A stretch of 55,637 nucleotides of DNA, filler included, from Sphacelaria rigidula (taxonomy: Eukaryota), in assembly GCA_964200075.2 (NCBI GenBank). It is 4 parts of 4 records of this genome, joined end to end, with 100 filler letters (N's around TTAATTAATTAA, not from the genome) between each part and the next. Parts side by side here need not be neighbours in the genome. Positions count along the whole stretch, not along the records: positions 41,805 to 55,637 come from CAXNAA020002639.1; 3 more parts are not named here. One strand, given 5' to 3'. Each line of letters opens with the position of its first letter. Position 1 is the stretch's first letter. Below the pieces are notes generated by a model. It was not told the DNA's origin and did not search any database. It saw only the letters and a program-made list of their open reading frames with translations. This document shows positions 51,845-55,637 of this stretch, piece by piece. Position numbers and translations under genes: made by a program.

Positions 51845-54068
51845 CACTCTCCGTAATACTTGAGTATAGAGTATCACTCGGGTATGGTGGTTATTCGTGA
51901 CCGTCGGAGACTTCGTGACGTCACTTCACAGACTATGTTGAATACATGGACGAACGATGGTCATCAATTAGACGAGTGGTGTTACGTTACAGGCTACAAG
52001 GAGTATCAGCGAATGATGGCCATGAAAAAATAAAGAAAGCGTGTAGTTGAATGAACAGTGCAAGGCTTCGACTGCCCAATACTTCGATATGATTTCTACG
52101 CTTTCCAGTACCCCCGCCAGTCTTCCTTGGGATGAGCCCGTGGTCTCAGGGGATCAACCCATCTCTCCCCCTGTACACGCGTGGGAACCACAGATTACTG
52201 CCTGATACGGACAGAAAGCCAACAGACGAAAGCTAAAAGAAGTAGGCGGGGTAGGAAGCTGTACAAATGGAGAAGGGTAGGTCGAGTAGAGTATATACTC
52301 TCGATTACTCGAGTAAAATACTCGAGTATTTACTCTGCTCGACCTTTGAGTTGGTCGAGTACGACCTCAAATACTCTACTCGAATATTGAGTAAGCACTT
52401 TCAGTAATACTTGAGTATAGAGTATCACTTGAGTATGACCTCGATACTCTACTCAAATTTCGAGGACGTCGAGTACAGCCTCAAATACTCTACTCAAATA
52501 TTGAGTCAACACTTTCATTAATACTTGAGTATAGAGTACCTCTTTGGTATGAAGAGTATCCCTGACAGTCGGCGACTTCGTGCCGTCACTTCACAGACTA
52601 TGTTGAATACATGGGCGAACGATGGCCACCAATTACATGGGCGGCGTCACATCACAGCCAGCAAGGAGTATGAGCGAATGATGGCCATTGAAACTAGAAA
52701 AAACGTGCAGGTGAATGAACCCACCTGCTCCAGCGCCCCATCTCACCAGCAGGTTTAGAATGGAAACGATCATTTTTCAAGGGTAGGTCGAGTAGAGTAT
52801 TTACTTTTGAGTATTGGAGTAATATACTCAAGTATTTACGGTACTCGACGTTTCAGTGGGTCGAGTACGGCCTCCAACACTCTACTCAACTATTGAGTAA
52901 GCACTCTCAGTAATACTCGAGTATAGAGTATCACTTGAGTATGACCTCGATACTGTACTCAAATTTCGAGTAGATCGAGTACGACCTCAAATACTTGACT
53001 CAATTTTTGAGTAAGCACTTCCAGTAATACTCGAGTATAAAGTATCACTTAAGTATGACCTCAATACTCTTACTCCAATTTCGAGTAGGTCGAGTACGAC
53101 CTCAAATATTCTACTCAAATATTGAGGAAGCACGCTCAGTCGTACTCGAGTATAGAGTATCACTTGGGTATGACCTCAATACTCCTACTCAAATTTCGAG
53201 TATGTCGAGTACGACCTCAAATGCTCTACTCCCAATTTGAGTACTAGAAATACGACTCTTCAAAAATACTGAGTATTGAGTATACTCTACTCGACCTGCC
53301 CTTACAAGGCACCTTTGTCAAAATAAACGAAATGCTGCGATTTGAGCTGAAACGCAACACAAGAGAGATATGATGAACTGGTGATAGCCGCTGCCCCTAC
53401 GCACCTTGCTGTCATCCAGTACCATATGCTTTGTCATGTAGTGAACGCTTGCGTACTGGTTCATTTCGTCGGAATTTAAATCGCAAACGATTCGTCATCT
53501 TCATCGAAAGTTGTGAAGAATCGGTTGGCGTTCGTGTAGGAACCAGATTGTCCACAAGACGACTTTCCCAACTTGGTTTGTCGGGGCAAGACGGGAGAAA
53601 AATCCGCTTGTGTGGGGCGCAGGTGACTGCATGTTGTCCCGAAACACGTTCGTCGGCTGTAGCGCACTGAAAATATGGAAAATATCGAAGCTGACCCGCA
53701 GGATAGCACGCCGTAACTTCGGGACTGGTTCGATCAAGCAGAGGATCGAAGACGCTAAACCCGAAACTGTCTGTTGTACTTGCGGGACCCTCGACGACCG
53801 GTTTCCCGCAAGTGGTCCAAGATCGATTCTGAAGATGAGCCCCTGTTCGGAATTCGTGTCGAGAACTACAACATAACATGTCTCGATCCTCAAGTTCTAA
53901 GACCTACCGTTACTGGTGATGACTCTTGACAGCCGGAAAAAATTGAAGAATAGCTTCGACTGTTCGACCAAGAAAATTTAGGTTCTTGTTGAAAGGATGA
54001 CTAGGAACCGCGAAATTGGAGACACCAGCTATAGTAGGTTCATGTTTTTAATCGTGAAGATCAGTTCA

Positions 54069-54230
54069 TCCCGTTCTAAATTCCAGCTTGTTTGGGTGGG
54101 CAAACGCCCCAAAACAGCCGAACACCTTGGCCGCTTCGTTCAAGCTTAGGATCCATGGCCGGGAATTTTTTTCCCTACCCAAAGATATGAGGCGTTCGTC
54201 CACCCATACAAGCTAGAATTTAGAACGGGA
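54069..54230. mobile_element. ~160-bp MITE with 40-bp inverted repeats (intronic)
   Basis: tcccgttctaaattccagcttgtttgggtgggcaaacgcc matches the reverse complement of 54191-54230 with 4 mismatches. Confidence 0.7.
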
Positions 54231-54414
54231 CCCGATAATAATTCGTCTCAATGTTTACTGTGCACTTTTTACATACGGGAGTGCACGAATGCGACACTCC
54301 TTGGATCCTGCCCCATTTTTTCCCCCGAAAATATTCACAGCACGCGCAACATTCGGAACCACCACACGGTGAATTGGGTTTCCTGTTTTTGATGCTGCCT
54401 CATGTAATCTGCAG

Positions 54415-54600
54415 GACCGATTGGGAGTGAACCAGCCGGGACATCATCCCGCGGGAGCGGCTATCGCCGGGGCGACGGCTACCGTGTTTCACGATGCCGT
54501 CATGACCCCGATGGATGTGATCAAGCAACGCTTGCAGCTTGGCTACCACAAGGGGATGGTGGATTGCATAACGACCATCCGACGAACGGAAGGCACAAAG
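54415..54600 (+). CDS. Internal exon of a mitochondrial carrier (SLC25), mitoferrin/Mrs3-4-like
   Basis: ctgcag acceptor and gtgcg donor, phase 0/0. Reads HHPAGAAIAGATATVFHDAVMTPMDVIKQRLQLGYHKGMVDC. It has the P-x-D-x-x-K-x-R carrier signature and the HDAVM..P pattern typical of mitoferrins. Confidence 0.92.
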
Positions 54601-55637
54601 GTGCGCCACCGACTTGAGTATTGCAGCGGTATCCCAGAAACCCCTGCAAGAAAATCCGTTGTCGCTCTTATCACTGTCAAGTGCAGGATGTAACGAATGC
54701 AGCCTCGGCAAATCAAGTACATCTGATGTTGTGTGTTGTCGTGGCACTTTTGTACGTGAAGACTTCACGTCGTCATGATGGATGGACAGGAGGTTTTCGA
54801 TAAATTCGGAAACGAGGGCAAGAGTCTGGCCCGAGTCAAGGGTGCGGATAGACGGGAAAGAGCCATCAAAGCTGATGCCAGCGAAGGAGAGGCACGTGTG
54901 GCGGCAGTTATAGGGGTAAATGAGGCCCGATTTTGGGCACTAAATATCTGTAAAATGGACCGACCGCTATCCATTCAGAAAAAATGACCCGTAATCGAGC
55001 CAATCGTATCAATCACGAATACAGACGTCATCTCCGAATGACAATCTCGCTCATATGAAATGAACTCTATCTTGAGGACATATTTATAAGCCTGCGAATG
55101 GTCGGTGTCGCGGAAATGTAGTTCCTCCAGCGACTGCACTGATATTTTGTTGTGTGCTGGTATTGTTTAGCTGTGGCACTCGCGAAGCACACGCCCACTG
55201 CATTCCACCCCACATTCACCGCCCTTTTCAACATCAGCAGTCAAGAAGACGTGAAGTGGTGGTAGTTGCGGGCGTCACCCACAACACCATTCCCACTTGA
55301 CCCTTTCACTCACATTCCGCAAAAACGAAGCAGCAGAGAACATTCGAACAATTAGCACATGCGTTGAGTATCGTGAACAAGTGAGGATGATGTAGACGAC
55401 GTTGACGAAGAAGAAGCGATTCACGCTGTGCGGCTGGGCTGCATATGGCATACCCCGCACCTTTTGGTGATGGCAGGTTTGGAGAGCAATTACTTCGTGG
55501 GCCCCATGGGCTCAGGGTCGTGGCACGAGTGGAAGAAATCACTTTTGTGTTCTCCACTCCTGAAAGCAAACCATCAACGGCAAACGTCACCTCTGCGGCA
55601 CAAGAAACAAGACGTTCGGATCTATCGGCGTTGAACC

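Larger units (their letters stand above)
44853..53303. mobile_element. Foldback/MULE-like non-autonomous element with GAGTA/TACTC-rich tandem arrays, hosting nested insertions
   Basis: TIRs AAGGGCAGGTCGAGTAGAGTAT (44853) and ATACTCTACTCGACCTGCCCTT (ending 53303). 10-bp TSD acaaagcacc vs acaaggcacc (9/10). Extra internal left-TIR copies at about 52273 and 52779, and ~120-bp tandem units at 52800-53240. Confidence 0.8.

Noticed and set aside
52780-53300. CRISPR-like regular repeats
   Set aside because: Tandem ~120-bp units without unique spacers, bounded by TIRs, in a eukaryotic context with no cas genes.
54775-54987. Fanzor/TnpB-like C-terminus (ALNI...RP)
   Set aside because: No RuvC-III D-x-N-A motif, zinc finger or upstream RuvC motifs.

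Overview
Eukaryotic, intron-containing, transposon-rich DNA, most likely a photosynthetic stramenopile such as a brown alga. That call is inferred from bipartite plastid-targeting leaders, GT-AG introns and the TE repertoire. The window is not one locus. It is four contigs of almost identical, non-increasing length (1-13835, 13936-27770, 27871-41704, 41805-55637; 13835/13835/13834/13833 bp) joined by artificial 100-bp N44-TTAATTAATTAA-N44 linkers, so nothing should be linked across the gaps. Host genes are sparse: a divergent pair of probable plastid-protein genes (about 27.9-30.6 kb) and one mitoferrin-like carrier exon (54415-54600). The rest is mostly nested mobile DNA: a Tc1/mariner lacking its DDD core, three hAT-like elements (two with clear 8-bp TSDs), a 10-bp-TSD foldback element hosting a Ty3/Gypsy element and a tRNA-derived SINE, and an RTE LINE relic. 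The most interesting signal is not visible in the ORF track. Three of the four contigs carry decayed, spliced, short-intron genes that, once exons are joined by phase, resemble KDZ (Kyakuja-Dileera-Zisupton) class transposases. One lies tail-to-tail with a large multi-exon gene of unknown family, a possible cargo gene. The KDZ assignments are by-eye motif inferences and need profile searches.
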